DNA from: an uncultured delta proteobacterium
GTDB taxonomy: Bacteria; Desulfobacterota; Binatia; Binatales; Binataceae
Reading direction: 5' to 3'
DNA length: 64,000 nt
NCBI GenBank assembly: GCA_963765675.1
Contig: CAVXXK010000001.1
Span: 320,001-384,000 of the forward strand
The notes under the pieces: model-generated
Told to the model about the DNA's origin: nothing
Databases searched by the model: none
What the model saw: the letters and a program-made list of their open reading frames with translations, nothing else
Made by a program: the position numbers and the translations under genes
Part shown: piece after piece, positions 10,086-20,021 of the stretch
Position numbering within the stretch: the first letter of the stretch is position 1
Layout of the letters: each line of letters begins with the position of its first letter

Positions 10086-10987
10086 TGCACCGCGATTACA
10101 TCGCGCGGCGCGGACGTGCTTTGGCGATCGCCGCCGCGATCGGAATATCTGTCGCGCCGCTGCTTGCCGTCCGACGCGCATCCGGCGCGCCGGTTGTCGT
10201 AGCGCTGGAAGAAGAATCGATCGGCGGGGCGGACCTCACGCCGACTCCGACGGTCACTCCAACTCCCGACGCGAATGGGAACCTGCCGCCGACTCCTTCT
10301 TCCACGCCGTCGGCCACGCCGACGGAAGCTCCCATCTTCGCCGAGCCGACTGCGATGCCGACCTCGAGCGACGAGGCGCCTCCGCTCGACATCGGCGCCA
10401 TCACCCCGACGCTGCGAGTCAGCGACGCTCCGCTGAACGCCGTGATCGCCGCCGAGCCCTCGCCAGCGCGCGCCGCGTCGCTGCGCGCAACCGATAAAGC
10501 ACGCCAGCAGCTCATCGCCAATCATCCGGACGAAGCCATTCGCACGCTAGGAAGCGCGATAGGAATCGATCCGGCAAATCCGTACGCATACTTTTATCTC
10601 GGCCGCGCGTACGTCGCGAAAAAAGACGACGAGCAGGCGCTGAGCTTCTTCAAACGCGCCGAGATCGGTTTCGGATCGAACAACGCCGTATGGCTCAGCG
10701 AGACGCTCGCTTTCGAGGGCCTCACCTACGAGGAATCGTCTCGCATCAATGCCGCCGCGGCCGCGTATCAGCAGGCAATCGCCGCCGATCCCGGCAACCT
10801 GATGGCGCGGGTCGGCTACACTCGAGTTTCGCCGGATGTAACCCCAGTCGCTCCCGCCGCACCCGAAGGTGCGCCTGCCGAATCGGGCATTACCGCGCCC
10901 CCTGCGGGCGACGCGGCGCAGCCGCCTCCGGCCGCGCCGCCGCCGCCCGGTCCGCCCAGCGATGAAGACGCTCCGGCGACCGACTGA
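10085..10987 (+). CDS. Exported TPR protein with Pro/Thr-rich disordered flanks (LpoP-like)
   Basis: Start overlaps the mrcB stop; signal-like N-terminus; TPTPT linker; TPR motifs (AYFYLGRAY, AYQQAIAADP). Confidence 0.75.
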   Translation: MHRDYIARRGRALAIAAAIGISVAPLLAVRRASGAPVVVALEEESIGGADLTPTPTVTPTPDANGNLPPTPSSTPSATPTEAPIFAEPTAMPTSSDEAPPLDIGAITPTLRVSDAPLNAVIAAEPSPARAASLRATDKARQQLIANHPDEAIRTLGSAIGIDPANPYAYFYLGRAYVAKKDDEQALSFFKRAEIGFGSNNAVWLSETLAFEGLTYEESSRINAAAAAYQQAIAADPGNLMARVGYTRVSPDVTPVAPAAPEGAPAESGITAPPAGDAAQPPPAAPPPPGPPSDEDAPATD

Positions 10988-11044
10988 TTCTTTTCGAGCG
11001 CGCTCGCGCGGACTATTCTCATCTGGGCGGGCACGATCCAAATC

Positions 11045-12049
11045 ATGTTAATTCTTGGAATCGAATCTTCGTGCGACGATGCCGCCGCCGCGATCCTGGA
11101 AACTACGCGCGCCGGCATCGCGACGGTCCGCGCGAGCGCGGTCGCCAATCAGGACGATATCCATCGCGCATACGGCGGTATCGTCCCCGAGCTCGCGTCG
11201 CGCAATCACGTCATCACGATCCTGCCAGTGATCAGCCGCGCGCTCGCCGGCGCCGGCGTGACGCTCGCGCAGATCGAGGGTATCGCGGTGACGCGCGGAC
11301 CCGGTCTGGTCGGCTCGCTGCTGGTCGGCCTGATGTGCGCGAAGGGGATCGCGCAGGCGAGCGGCACTCCGATGGTGGGCGTGAATCATATCGAGGGACA
11401 TCTGCTCGCGCCGATGCTGGAAAACGAAATCGCGATGCCGTATCTGGCGCTGGTGGTCTCGGGAGGCCACACTGCGCTGTTCGCCGTCGAGGATTTCGGG
11501 CGCTACCGCCGCCTCGGCTCGACTCGCGACGACGCCGCCGGCGAGGCGTTCGACAAGGTCGCGAAGTTGATGGGCCTCGGCTATCCGGGCGGGAAAGTGA
11601 TCGACGACCTGGCGCGGCAAGGAAATTCGAAGCAGGTGAAATTTCCGCGCGCCAAGGTACGCGGGGCGCCGCTCGATTTCAGCTTCTCCGGCGTCAAGAC
11701 TGCCGTCGCAACTTTTCTTGCCGGCGCGCCGGGACGCGCCACGGCGCAGCATGATCTGGCGGCGAGCTTTCAGGAAGCCGTCGTCGATATGCTGGTCGGC
11801 CCGACGATCGCGGCCGCGCGCGAGCTTGGCGCCGGCACGATCGCGCTGACGGGCGGCGTCGCCGCGAACTCACGCCTGCGCGCGCGCCTGGCCGACGCCG
11901 GCGCCGCCGAAGGCTTTCGCGTCGTTGCGCCTTCTCTCAAGTACTGCACCGACAACGCCGCGATGATCGCGATCGCGGGAAGCTGGCGTCTGCTGCGCGG
12001 CGAGCGCGACGATCTTTCGATCGACGCGGAAGCGAATCTGAGGCTCTAG
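11045..12049 (+). CDS. tsaD: tRNA N6-adenosine threonylcarbamoyltransferase
   Basis: LGIESSCDD, GGIVPELASR, HIEGH, SGGHT, DNAAMI. Confidence 0.96.
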   Translation: MLILGIESSCDDAAAAILETTRAGIATVRASAVANQDDIHRAYGGIVPELASRNHVITILPVISRALAGAGVTLAQIEGIAVTRGPGLVGSLLVGLMCAKGIAQASGTPMVGVNHIEGHLLAPMLENEIAMPYLALVVSGGHTALFAVEDFGRYRRLGSTRDDAAGEAFDKVAKLMGLGYPGGKVIDDLARQGNSKQVKFPRAKVRGAPLDFSFSGVKTAVATFLAGAPGRATAQHDLAASFQEAVVDMLVGPTIAAARELGAGTIALTGGVAANSRLRARLADAGAAEGFRVVAPSLKYCTDNAAMIAIAGSWRLLRGERDDLSIDAEANLRL

Positions 12050-12055
12050 CCTTTC

Positions 12056-12952
12056 ATGCGCTCCGCACCAAAATCGCACCGCGCGAGTATCGAGCCTTCC
12101 GCGCCGACGCGCGCAGTGCCCGCCCTGGCGGCAGTCGGCGTCCGCCCGTCCAAATCGCGCGGGCAGAATTTTCTCGTCCAGGCCGCGATCGCGAACCGTA
12201 TCGTCGATACCGCGGCGCTCACGGCAGGCGACGACGTCCTCGAAATCGGTCCCGGCCTCGGAATCCTGAGCGAGCGAATCGCGGCGCGGCCTATCGCGCG
12301 GATTACGATGGTCGAGATCGATCCGCGCCTCGCCGCCCGGCTCCAGGAGCGCTTCGTCGGCGATCGCCGCGCACGAGTCGTCGTCGGAGATTTCCTTGAG
12401 GTTGACCTGTCCGGCGTGTTCGATCGCCGTCCGATCAAAGTGATTGGGAATCTTCCGTTCAACGCCGCCGCCGCGATTTTGCGCCGCCTGTGCGGCGACT
12501 CACGCGCGATCGATTCGATGGTCTTGATGTTTCAGCGCGAGGTCGCCGAGCGTATCCGCGCCCAGCCCGGAGAGTCCGCCTACAGCGCGCTCAGCGTATT
12601 CACCCAACTCTACTTCGAGATCGAATCGCACTTCCGGGTCGGAGCGGGAAATTTTCATCCGCGGCCCAAGGTCGATGCGGAAGTGCTGGTGATGCGCCCG
12701 TATCGCAAGCCGCGATTTCCACTCGGCGACGAAGCGACGGTCCTGCGCACCGTCCGCGCCGCGTTTTCGGCGCCCCGCAAGACACTGCGCAACGCGCTGG
12801 GCCACGCGCTCGGAATCGATTCCGCGAAAATCGAAGCCGCCGTGCGCCGCGCCGCGATCGATCCCGGAGTCCGGGCCGAAACTTTGTCCGCGGACGACCT
12901 GCTGAGCCTTGCGCGCGAGCTCGGCGCCGATCTGAAGATAGCCGATGCCTGA
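12056..12952 (+). CDS. rsmA: 16S rRNA A1518/A1519 dimethyltransferase
   Basis: GQNFL, EIGPGLG, GNLPFN, MFQREVAER, PRPKVD. Confidence 0.95.
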   Translation: MRSAPKSHRASIEPSAPTRAVPALAAVGVRPSKSRGQNFLVQAAIANRIVDTAALTAGDDVLEIGPGLGILSERIAARPIARITMVEIDPRLAARLQERFVGDRRARVVVGDFLEVDLSGVFDRRPIKVIGNLPFNAAAAILRRLCGDSRAIDSMVLMFQREVAERIRAQPGESAYSALSVFTQLYFEIESHFRVGAGNFHPRPKVDAEVLVMRPYRKPRFPLGDEATVLRTVRAAFSAPRKTLRNALGHALGIDSAKIEAAVRRAAIDPGVRAETLSADDLLSLARELGADLKIADA

Positions 12953-13779
12953 ACTTCCGGAAGTCGAATCGCTCCGGCGAATCCTGCGCCGCAGTGCGGT
13001 TGGCCGCGTGATCACCGGCGCGCGAATCAGCCAGATCGCGCTCAGGCGCAAGCCGCCCGGCGAGTTTGCCGCGCAAATCACCGGCCGCAAAATCCGCGAA
13101 ATCGCGCGCCGCGCGAAATATCTAGTCGTCGATCTCGACGGCGACAACGTGATCCTCGTGCATCTCAGGAATGAGCGGCAGCTTGACGCATCGCCGCCCC
13201 GGCTTCGACGGCGCCGACTTCGACCCGCGCCACGACCACATCGAATTTTTTCTCGACGACGGAACCCGCCTGGTGTTCAACGACCCGCGCCGATTCGGAA
13301 TCGTCAAGTTGATGGCGCGCGACGCGATGGCCTCGAGCGCGGAGCTGCGCGCGATCGGCCCCGAGCCTTTTTCCAAAGCCTTCAACGCGAAGTACCTGGC
13401 AGACAAGGCGCGCGGGCGCCGCGCCGCGATCAAGAACCTGATCATGGATCAACGAATCGTCGCGGGCGTTGGAAATATCTATGCTTCCGAAATTCTTTTC
13501 CATGCGCGCGTTCGGCCAACGCGCCGCGCGGGCAAAGTGACCGCCACCGAGATGGAAAAAATCGCCGACTTCACGCGCGAGGTCCTGCGTGCCGCGATCG
13601 GCAGCCGTGGCACCACGTTTCGCAGCTATCGCGATTCGAAAGGACGCCCGGGACGCTTCGCCGCGCGCCTACAGGTGTACGGACGCGAGGGCAAACGCTG
13701 CTACGTCTGCTCCACTCCGATACGCAACGTTGTGGTCGGACAACGCGCGAGCTTCTATTGCCCCAAATGCCAGAAGTAG
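12945..13779 (+). CDS. mutM: Formamidopyrimidine-DNA glycosylase, +1 frameshift near 13167
   Basis: MPELPEVE start; the HLGMSG motif is interrupted by one extra A (catctc-a-ggaatg); DPRRFG, GVGNIYASE, C-terminal zinc finger. Confidence 0.92.
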
Positions 13780-13803
13780 CGCCCGCGACGCGGAGGCCGG
13801 TCG

Positions 13804-15216
13804 ATGCCAAAAGCAATTTCGATTTTCGCGATCCTGGTACTCTGCGCGTTCTGCTCCGCCGCGCGTGCGGCGGATAATCCCGCCCCCGACTGGAAAGCGC
13901 TCGACACCGAGGCGCTCGGCTACTATCAGACCTACCTCCGTTTCGACACGACTAATCCGCCCGACAACACCGTCGCCGCCATCACCTATCTGAAATCGAT
14001 TCTCGACAAGGAACAAATCGACAACCAGACTTTCGTCAGCACCGGCGGCGCGATGTCGCTCGTCGCGCGCCTGCCCGGTCCGGCGGACGTGAAGCCGCTT
14101 CTGCTGATGTCGCATGCCGACGTGGTACCCGCAGTCGCCGCCGACTGGTCGCATCCTCCTTTTTCCGCCGACCTCGACGACGGATTCGTGTGGGCGCGCG
14201 GCGCGATCGACAACAAAGCGCACGGCATCATGGCTCTCGCAACTCTGCTAGCGCTCAAGCGCAATCATGTCGCGCTGCGGCGCGGAGTCGAGATGATGAT
14301 CAATCCCGACGAAGAGGCCGGCGGCGAGGACGGCGCCGAGTGGATGGTGAAAAATCATTGGGACGCGATCGATCCCGCGTTTGCGGTGAATGAAGGCGGC
14401 TCGGCGGGTATCGATCCTTTCGGCGGCTCCGCGCCGATCTTCAAAGTCGCGATCGCGGAGAAGCGCGTGATGTGGCTGCGGCTGACCGCGCACGGACAGT
14501 CCGGACACGGCTCGGTGCCGACCGCCGATAATCCTACCCTGATACTAATCCAGGCGCTCGCGCGGCTGCTCCGGCGTCAGCCCGAGATCCGCGTGATCTC
14601 GCTGATGGCCAATGCCTTCGACGAGATCTCGCCGCACGAAAGATTTCCCGCCTCGTTCGAGCTGGACCATCTGGGGTGGCCCCTCGTGCTCGGATACGCG
14701 CTGCGCGGTCCGCTCCGTACCGACGACATCAGGGCGCTTCTGCGCGACACGATCTCGCCGACGATGCTCCGCGGCAGCCTCAAGATAAATGTGATTCCAT
14801 CGACCGCCGAGGCCGGGCTCGATTGCCGCCTGCTTCCCGGCACCGATGCGAAAGATTTCATGGCTCGGATGCGCGCGCTGCTGAACGACGACCGCATCAC
14901 GATCGATACTTTTCAAGCGCCCGATTCGCCGCCGCCGTCGCCAACCAGCGGCGAGATGTGGGACGCGATCGGCCGCGTGGTCGCCGCCGATTTTCCCGGC
15001 ACCTACGTCGTGCCGTGGATGACCTCGGGCGGAACTGACTCGCGCTTTCTGCGGGAAAAGGGAGTCCCGGCTTACGGCTTTATCCCGATCGTGCTACCGC
15101 CCAGTGAGGAGCGGCGCTTTCATGGCGTTGACGAGCGGCTCTCGGTCGAGAATCTGAACCGCGGAATCAAGGCGACTTACGATCTCGCGATCGATCTCTG
15201 CGCCGCCCGCAAATAG
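13804..15216 (+). CDS. Exported M20/M25/M40 family metallopeptidase
   Basis: Signal peptide, SHADVVP, RGAIDNK, DEEAG, GGTD, HGVDER. Confidence 0.9.
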   Translation: MPKAISIFAILVLCAFCSAARAADNPAPDWKALDTEALGYYQTYLRFDTTNPPDNTVAAITYLKSILDKEQIDNQTFVSTGGAMSLVARLPGPADVKPLLLMSHADVVPAVAADWSHPPFSADLDDGFVWARGAIDNKAHGIMALATLLALKRNHVALRRGVEMMINPDEEAGGEDGAEWMVKNHWDAIDPAFAVNEGGSAGIDPFGGSAPIFKVAIAEKRVMWLRLTAHGQSGHGSVPTADNPTLILIQALARLLRRQPEIRVISLMANAFDEISPHERFPASFELDHLGWPLVLGYALRGPLRTDDIRALLRDTISPTMLRGSLKINVIPSTAEAGLDCRLLPGTDAKDFMARMRALLNDDRITIDTFQAPDSPPPSPTSGEMWDAIGRVVAADFPGTYVVPWMTSGGTDSRFLREKGVPAYGFIPIVLPPSEERRFHGVDERLSVENLNRGIKATYDLAIDLCAARK

Positions 15217-15324
15217 CCCCGCGCTGGCTCCAGGAGCGACTCGGTCATGAGGGTCGCGCGCCGCGCCGACCTAACGGTGGATGCGGCGAACCAACTCAAG
15301 TCCGGAGCTTGACGCCAAAGGCAC

Positions 15325-15457
15325 GCAGAGCAGCACCCTCATCCGGCGCTCCGCGCCACCTTCTCCCGAAGGGAGAAGGCATCATTCGCGGTTTTTTTTG
15401 ATCCCTCTCCCTTCGGGAGAGGGTGCCGCGAAGCGGCGGGTGAGGGTGCTGCTCTGC
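15325..15457. repeat. 55-bp imperfect inverted repeat made of CCCTCTCCC..GGGAGAGGG REP-like units
   Basis: 15325-15379 is a near reverse complement of 15403-15457; a GGGATTCC..GGAATGAC half element follows at 15482-15517. Confidence 0.85.
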
Positions 15458-15636
15458 CCAGGTTGAGCACGATCCAAACTCGGGATTCCTCGCGCGGCAG
15501 CGACGCGCGGGAATGACAGAAGAGGAACAACCGGCACGCCGCCAAACTCCGATGGCGCTCGCCCGCTCGCGTCCGTAATATCTGGTACTGGAATAATGAT
15601 GTTGGCCGGTCAAACCGGCGATGAGGGGGAGCAAGG

Positions 15637-16464
15637 ATGGACCTGCCGAGCGGAGTTGGCGTAGCGCTGGCGTTCATACTCGGAGCCGTAATCGGTAGCT
15701 TCGCGAATTCGGTGGCGTACCGGATGCCGCGCGATATATCAATCGTCGCGCCGCGCTCGTTCTGCGAGAGCTGCGAGCGCGCGATCCCGTTCTGGGCGAA
15801 TATCCCGATTCTCGGCTATCTCGGCCTGCGCGGGCGATGCCTGATGTGCGGCGCGGCGATTCCGTTTCGCCACTTCATGACCGAGCTCGCGCTGCCGATT
15901 ATCGCGATGTATCTCTATCTGACCTTTCCGCTCGGCGACGCGATCGCGCGCTTCATCCTGTGCACCGCCTTGTTCATCGTTGCGCTGATCGATTACGACT
16001 GGCGCCTGATTCCGAATCTGATCACCTTTCCCGGGATGTTGGTTGGCTTCGTTCTGGTCACGCTGTTCGTTCCCGAGGTCGGATGGAAAAGCTCGCTCAT
16101 CGGAATTCTCGCGGGCGGCGGAGTCCTGTTCCTGACCGGCTTCGTCTACGAGCTGGTCCGCGGACGCGAGGGCGTCGGGATGGGCGACGTCTGGCTGCTC
16201 GGGATGGTCGGAGGATTTCTCGGATGGCCCGGGGTGATCTTCACGCTGTTCTTCGGCTCGATGCTGGGCGCGGTCGGCGGGATCGTCTTCGCGATGACCG
16301 GCGGCCAGACCGCCGCGCCGGTCGCCGACCCCGCCGGCGACCAGGTCGAGGCCGACGCGTCGATCCTGCAGACCACCGTTCCTTTCGGACCCTTTCTGGC
16401 GCTTGCCGCGGGCGCCTTCGCGCTCTTTCAGCCGCAACTCACGCGCTGGTATCTTGGCGGGTAA
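15637..16464 (+). CDS. pilD: Prepilin peptidase (A24)
   Basis: GSFAN, two CxxC motifs, IDY..LIPN, GMGDV, VPFGPFLA. Confidence 0.93.
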   Translation: MDLPSGVGVALAFILGAVIGSFANSVAYRMPRDISIVAPRSFCESCERAIPFWANIPILGYLGLRGRCLMCGAAIPFRHFMTELALPIIAMYLYLTFPLGDAIARFILCTALFIVALIDYDWRLIPNLITFPGMLVGFVLVTLFVPEVGWKSSLIGILAGGGVLFLTGFVYELVRGREGVGMGDVWLLGMVGGFLGWPGVIFTLFFGSMLGAVGGIVFAMTGGQTAAPVADPAGDQVEADASILQTTVPFGPFLALAAGAFALFQPQLTRWYLGG

Positions 16465-17111
16465 TGGCACAAGGAATTTTCATCACGCTCGAAGGCGTCG
16501 AAGGCTCCGGCAAGACCACCCAGGCTGCGATACTCGCGGACTCGCTGCACGCCGCCGGCCGCCACATAGTGGTCACGCACGAACCGGGCGGCACTCGCGC
16601 CGGCGAGGCGATCCGCTCGATCTTTCTCGATCCCGCCGTCTCGCTCGACGTCGCGGCGGAGTTGCTGCTGGTGCTGGCCGATCGCGCGCAGCACGTGCGC
16701 GAGAAATTGCGCCCCGCCGTCGCCGCCGGCTCAATCGTAATCTCGGATCGCTATTCCGATTCCACAACTGCGTATCAAGGTTACGGGCGCGGTTACGATC
16801 TCAAGCTGCTCTCCGATCTGAACCGGCTCGCAAGCGACGGGATGAAGCCCGAGCTGACTATCGTCCTCGACCTTCCGGTCGAGACCGGCCTCGAGCGTAC
16901 CCGCGCCCGCGCCAAAGGAGCGATCAGCGGGCCCGACCGCTTCGAGGGTGAGGTGACCGACTTCCATCGCCGCGTGCGCGAAGGGTTTCAGGCGATCGCA
17001 CGGGCGGAACCCGACCGCGTCGTGATAATCGACGCGGCGCGCCCGCTCGAAGCCGTCAGCGCCGATATCCTCGCCGCGGCAACCGCGCTCGTCAAACGCC
17101 GATGCCTCTGA
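16464..17111 (+). CDS. tmk: Thymidylate kinase
   Basis: FITLEGVEGSGKTTQ, EPGGT, SDRYSDSTTAYQG. Confidence 0.96.
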   Translation: MAQGIFITLEGVEGSGKTTQAAILADSLHAAGRHIVVTHEPGGTRAGEAIRSIFLDPAVSLDVAAELLLVLADRAQHVREKLRPAVAAGSIVISDRYSDSTTAYQGYGRGYDLKLLSDLNRLASDGMKPELTIVLDLPVETGLERTRARAKGAISGPDRFEGEVTDFHRRVREGFQAIARAEPDRVVIIDAARPLEAVSADILAAATALVKRRCL

Positions 17112-18184
17112 CCGGCCTGCGAGCGCATCGCGAGCTGGCCGAGCGCCTGCTCGCGGAGCTTACGTCGCGACCCTCGCACGCCTACCTGTTCTCCGGCCCG
17201 GCCGGCACGGGCAAGAGCCTCGTCACGACCGCGCTTGCGCATGCGATGCTATGCGAGCGCGCGCCCGGCGCGAATTTCTGCTGCATCGCCGAGCGATGCG
17301 CGGTGCGGATGGCGCCCGCGACCGCCGTGCGTCCGCGTTCCGCCGCTGCCGCACCGCGATGCGACTGCTGCGCGGCGTGCGTGCAAGTCGCGTCGGGGAC
17401 GCATCCGGATTTCATCCGGATCGGCCGCGCCGCCGGGCGCAGCGACGTGCTGATCGAGCAGGTGCGCACGCTGATCGCGCAGCTCGGCGTCAAGCCTTCA
17501 CGCGCCGGCGCGCGGATCGCGATTATCGACGACGCCGAGACCCTCAACCTGCCCGCGCAAAACGCGCTGCTCAAGACTCTCGAGGAGCCGCCCGGCCACG
17601 CGATCATCTTCATGATCACCTCGTCGGAACGCGCGCTGCTCGATACCGTGCGCTCGCGGATGCGCGCGGTGCGGTTCGGCGCTCTGGCGCCCGCCGATAT
17701 CGAGGCGATTTTATCCGCCCGCGGTGCCGGCGCTTCCGCCAACCGTGCCGCCGCGGCGCGCCTGGCGCGGGGCAGCGCGGCCCGCGCGATCGCCCTTCTG
17801 GACGGCGACGCACCGCCGATGAAAGACCTGCTCGCCGCGATCGGGCGCGCCCGCTCGCTCGACTTTGCCGGCGCCCAGCAGATCGCGCAGGAGTACTTCA
17901 AGACTCGCGACGAGGCGGCCGGCCACTTCGAGTTGATTGCGCGGATGCTCGAAGAAATACTATGTCTCAAGCTGCTCGGGGCGGATGAAATACCGGAATC
18001 GAAGGACGAAGAAGCGAAATTGATAAAACAGCTCGCCGGCGTTCTGGAGACTCGCGCGATCGTCGATTGTCTCGCGGCCGCGGTGAAGGCGCGCACCGCC
18101 GTCGACGCGATGGCGAATCCGCGGATGCAGGCCGAGCAATTCTGGATGACCGCCGCCGAGGCGATTCGCGAAAGATCCGAGTGA
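17102..18184 (+). CDS. holB: DNA polymerase III delta' subunit
   Basis: HAYLFSGPAGTGK, HPD, AQNALLKTLEEPP, TVRSR; tmk-holB synteny. Confidence 0.9.
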   Translation: MPLTGLRAHRELAERLLAELTSRPSHAYLFSGPAGTGKSLVTTALAHAMLCERAPGANFCCIAERCAVRMAPATAVRPRSAAAAPRCDCCAACVQVASGTHPDFIRIGRAAGRSDVLIEQVRTLIAQLGVKPSRAGARIAIIDDAETLNLPAQNALLKTLEEPPGHAIIFMITSSERALLDTVRSRMRAVRFGALAPADIEAILSARGAGASANRAAAARLARGSAARAIALLDGDAPPMKDLLAAIGRARSLDFAGAQQIAQEYFKTRDEAAGHFELIARMLEEILCLKLLGADEIPESKDEEAKLIKQLAGVLETRAIVDCLAAAVKARTAVDAMANPRMQAEQFWMTAAEAIRERSE

Positions 18185-18198
18185 AAGCGGAGTGAAAT

Positions 18199-19047
18199 AT
18201 GCCCGGTGAGATTGATCCCTTCGAGGGCGGCGCCGAGCTTCCCAAAATCGTCGCGATAAGCCTGCAGACCACCGGGCATCTGTACAACTATCTGGCCGGC
18301 GATCTTCGCCTGACGCGCGGCGACCGCGTACTGATCGACACCGAGAACGGCACCCGCGTCGGCACTGTCGAGATCGAGCCTCACGAGCCCGCGCATACGC
18401 TCAATCTCGCCGCGATGAAACCGGTGATGCGCCTGGCGTCGGATACTGACTTCGACGTCGAGCACGAAAATATTTTGCGCGAGGAGCGCGCGCGCCATCT
18501 ATGCCTCCAGCGCCTGCGCGAGCGCAACCTGCTGATGAAGCTGGTCAGCGCCGAGTACAGCTTCGACGGCCGCAAGGTGGTTTTCTATTTTATCGCCGAA
18601 GGGCGAATCGACTTCCGCGACCTGGTGCGCGACCTCGCCAACACGCTGCGCGTCCGCGTCGAGATGAAACAGATCGGCGCGCGCGACGAAACCAAAGTCA
18701 CCGGCGGCGTTGGCCCCTGCGGACGCGAGCTCTGCTGCTCCTCTTTCCTGCGCGACTTCGACGCGGTCACGGTCAAGATGGCGCGCGAGCAGGGCCTCGC
18801 GCTGAATCCTTCGCGCCTGGCCGGGATGTGCGGGCGCCTCAAGTGCTGCCTCAAGTACGAATACGGCACCTATCTCGAACTAAAGAAGTCGCTGCCGAAT
18901 CTCGGCCGCCGTGTGCAATCGGTAAAAGGCGACGGCAAGGTCGTCCGCCAGAACATCCTCAAGCAGACGGTAATGATCGCGCTGGACAACGAAGGCCCCG
19001 TCGTCGAAGCAACGCTCGAAGACCTCGTAACCTCGCGCCAGAACTAG
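18199..19047 (+). CDS. ricT: PSP1-domain regulatory Fe-S protein RicT/YaaT
   Basis: RIDFRDLVRDLA, GPCGRELCC, GMCGRLKCCLKYE. Confidence 0.9.
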   Translation: MPGEIDPFEGGAELPKIVAISLQTTGHLYNYLAGDLRLTRGDRVLIDTENGTRVGTVEIEPHEPAHTLNLAAMKPVMRLASDTDFDVEHENILREERARHLCLQRLRERNLLMKLVSAEYSFDGRKVVFYFIAEGRIDFRDLVRDLANTLRVRVEMKQIGARDETKVTGGVGPCGRELCCSSFLRDFDAVTVKMAREQGLALNPSRLAGMCGRLKCCLKYEYGTYLELKKSLPNLGRRVQSVKGDGKVVRQNILKQTVMIALDNEGPVVEATLEDLVTSRQN

Positions 19048-19156
19048 CCAGTTCGCGATGAACCGAGGGGCGGGCGGCTCCCGACGAAAACAAATTCCTG
19101 CCTGTCGCGACTCGATTGTGCAAGCAAGCAGACCGCGAAGGCGGCAACGAATGGAT

Positions 19157-19614
19157 TCGTAGGGGGCGCGTCGCGACGCGCCCGTCTCCGCACTGCTGGT
19201 GCTCGGATGCCCTCTCCCACCGGGAGAGGGCGACGCGGCGCGGCGATTGCTCTTTTTAGCAATCGCCGTGACGCGCGGGTGAGGGCGGCCTTCCGCTGAG
19301 CTTTCGTTTCAAAATCGCGCGACGCGCTCGTCTTTGCTGGATACCCTCTCCCTCCGGGAGAGGGCGGCGCGGCGCGATGCTTGCGTTTTTTTCGCAAGCA
19401 TCGTGACGCGCGGGTAAGGGTGCTGCTGCCGCTTCCTGAATACCGCGAGCGCCGCGATTTCTCCGCACACATACAGATGACGCTTCGCGTGGCCGACGGG
19501 CCGTCGGCCGCCACTGGCAGAAGCGAGCCGGTAGAGCCGGCGTCTCGCCGGGTCCTTTCCGGTTCGTGGCACAGGCTTCAGCCTGTGTCCCGCACTGGCT
19601 GAAGCCGGTGCTCC
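19157..19614. repeat. Cluster of modular REP-like palindromes
   Basis: GTAG..GGGCGCGTCGCGACGCGCCC; two ~85-bp CCCTCTCCC..GGGTGAGGG units (19205-19285, 19339-19427); GGCCGACGGGCCGTCGGCC; GGCACAGGCTTCAGCCTGTG (19568-19587). Confidence 0.85.
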
Positions 19615-20021
19615 AACACAATATATTCACCTAACACTCGTTAGTTTTTTGCCAGATTTGTTCATGGCTGAACTGTTCAGCCTTATCTTCGCCGCCGTTC
19701 TGTGTAGAATAGAGTGCGTGAAGATTCCTCCAATTCATGTCTCGTCACTGACCACCGAAATTTCGCAAGCCGATACTCCGTCGCGATGCTCAAATTTCGA
19801 GGCTGCAACCGATCGCTTCGCACAATGCGAAAGCCGGAACGAACTCCCTTCAGATACCAAATTATCAAGCAGATCTAAGGAATATCCCGGAATGCCGACA
19901 TGAAATCCGCCCAAACGAACCCACCGTTGAAACGACGTTTCCGTTCGCATACGTCTAGCTTTTTCTGCGGCGCCCGCGTTAGTCGCGTCGCAATTCTCGG
20001 GCGGTTATTCTCGGTAGTTCG

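Noticed and set aside
13160-13175. Programmed frameshifting in mutM, argH or GT9
   Set aside because: No slippery sequence or stimulatory structure; a simple indel error is more parsimonious.
19649-19903. 84-aa ORF upstream of metG
   Set aside because: No RBS, atypical composition and no recognisable motif; more likely promoter or leader sequence.
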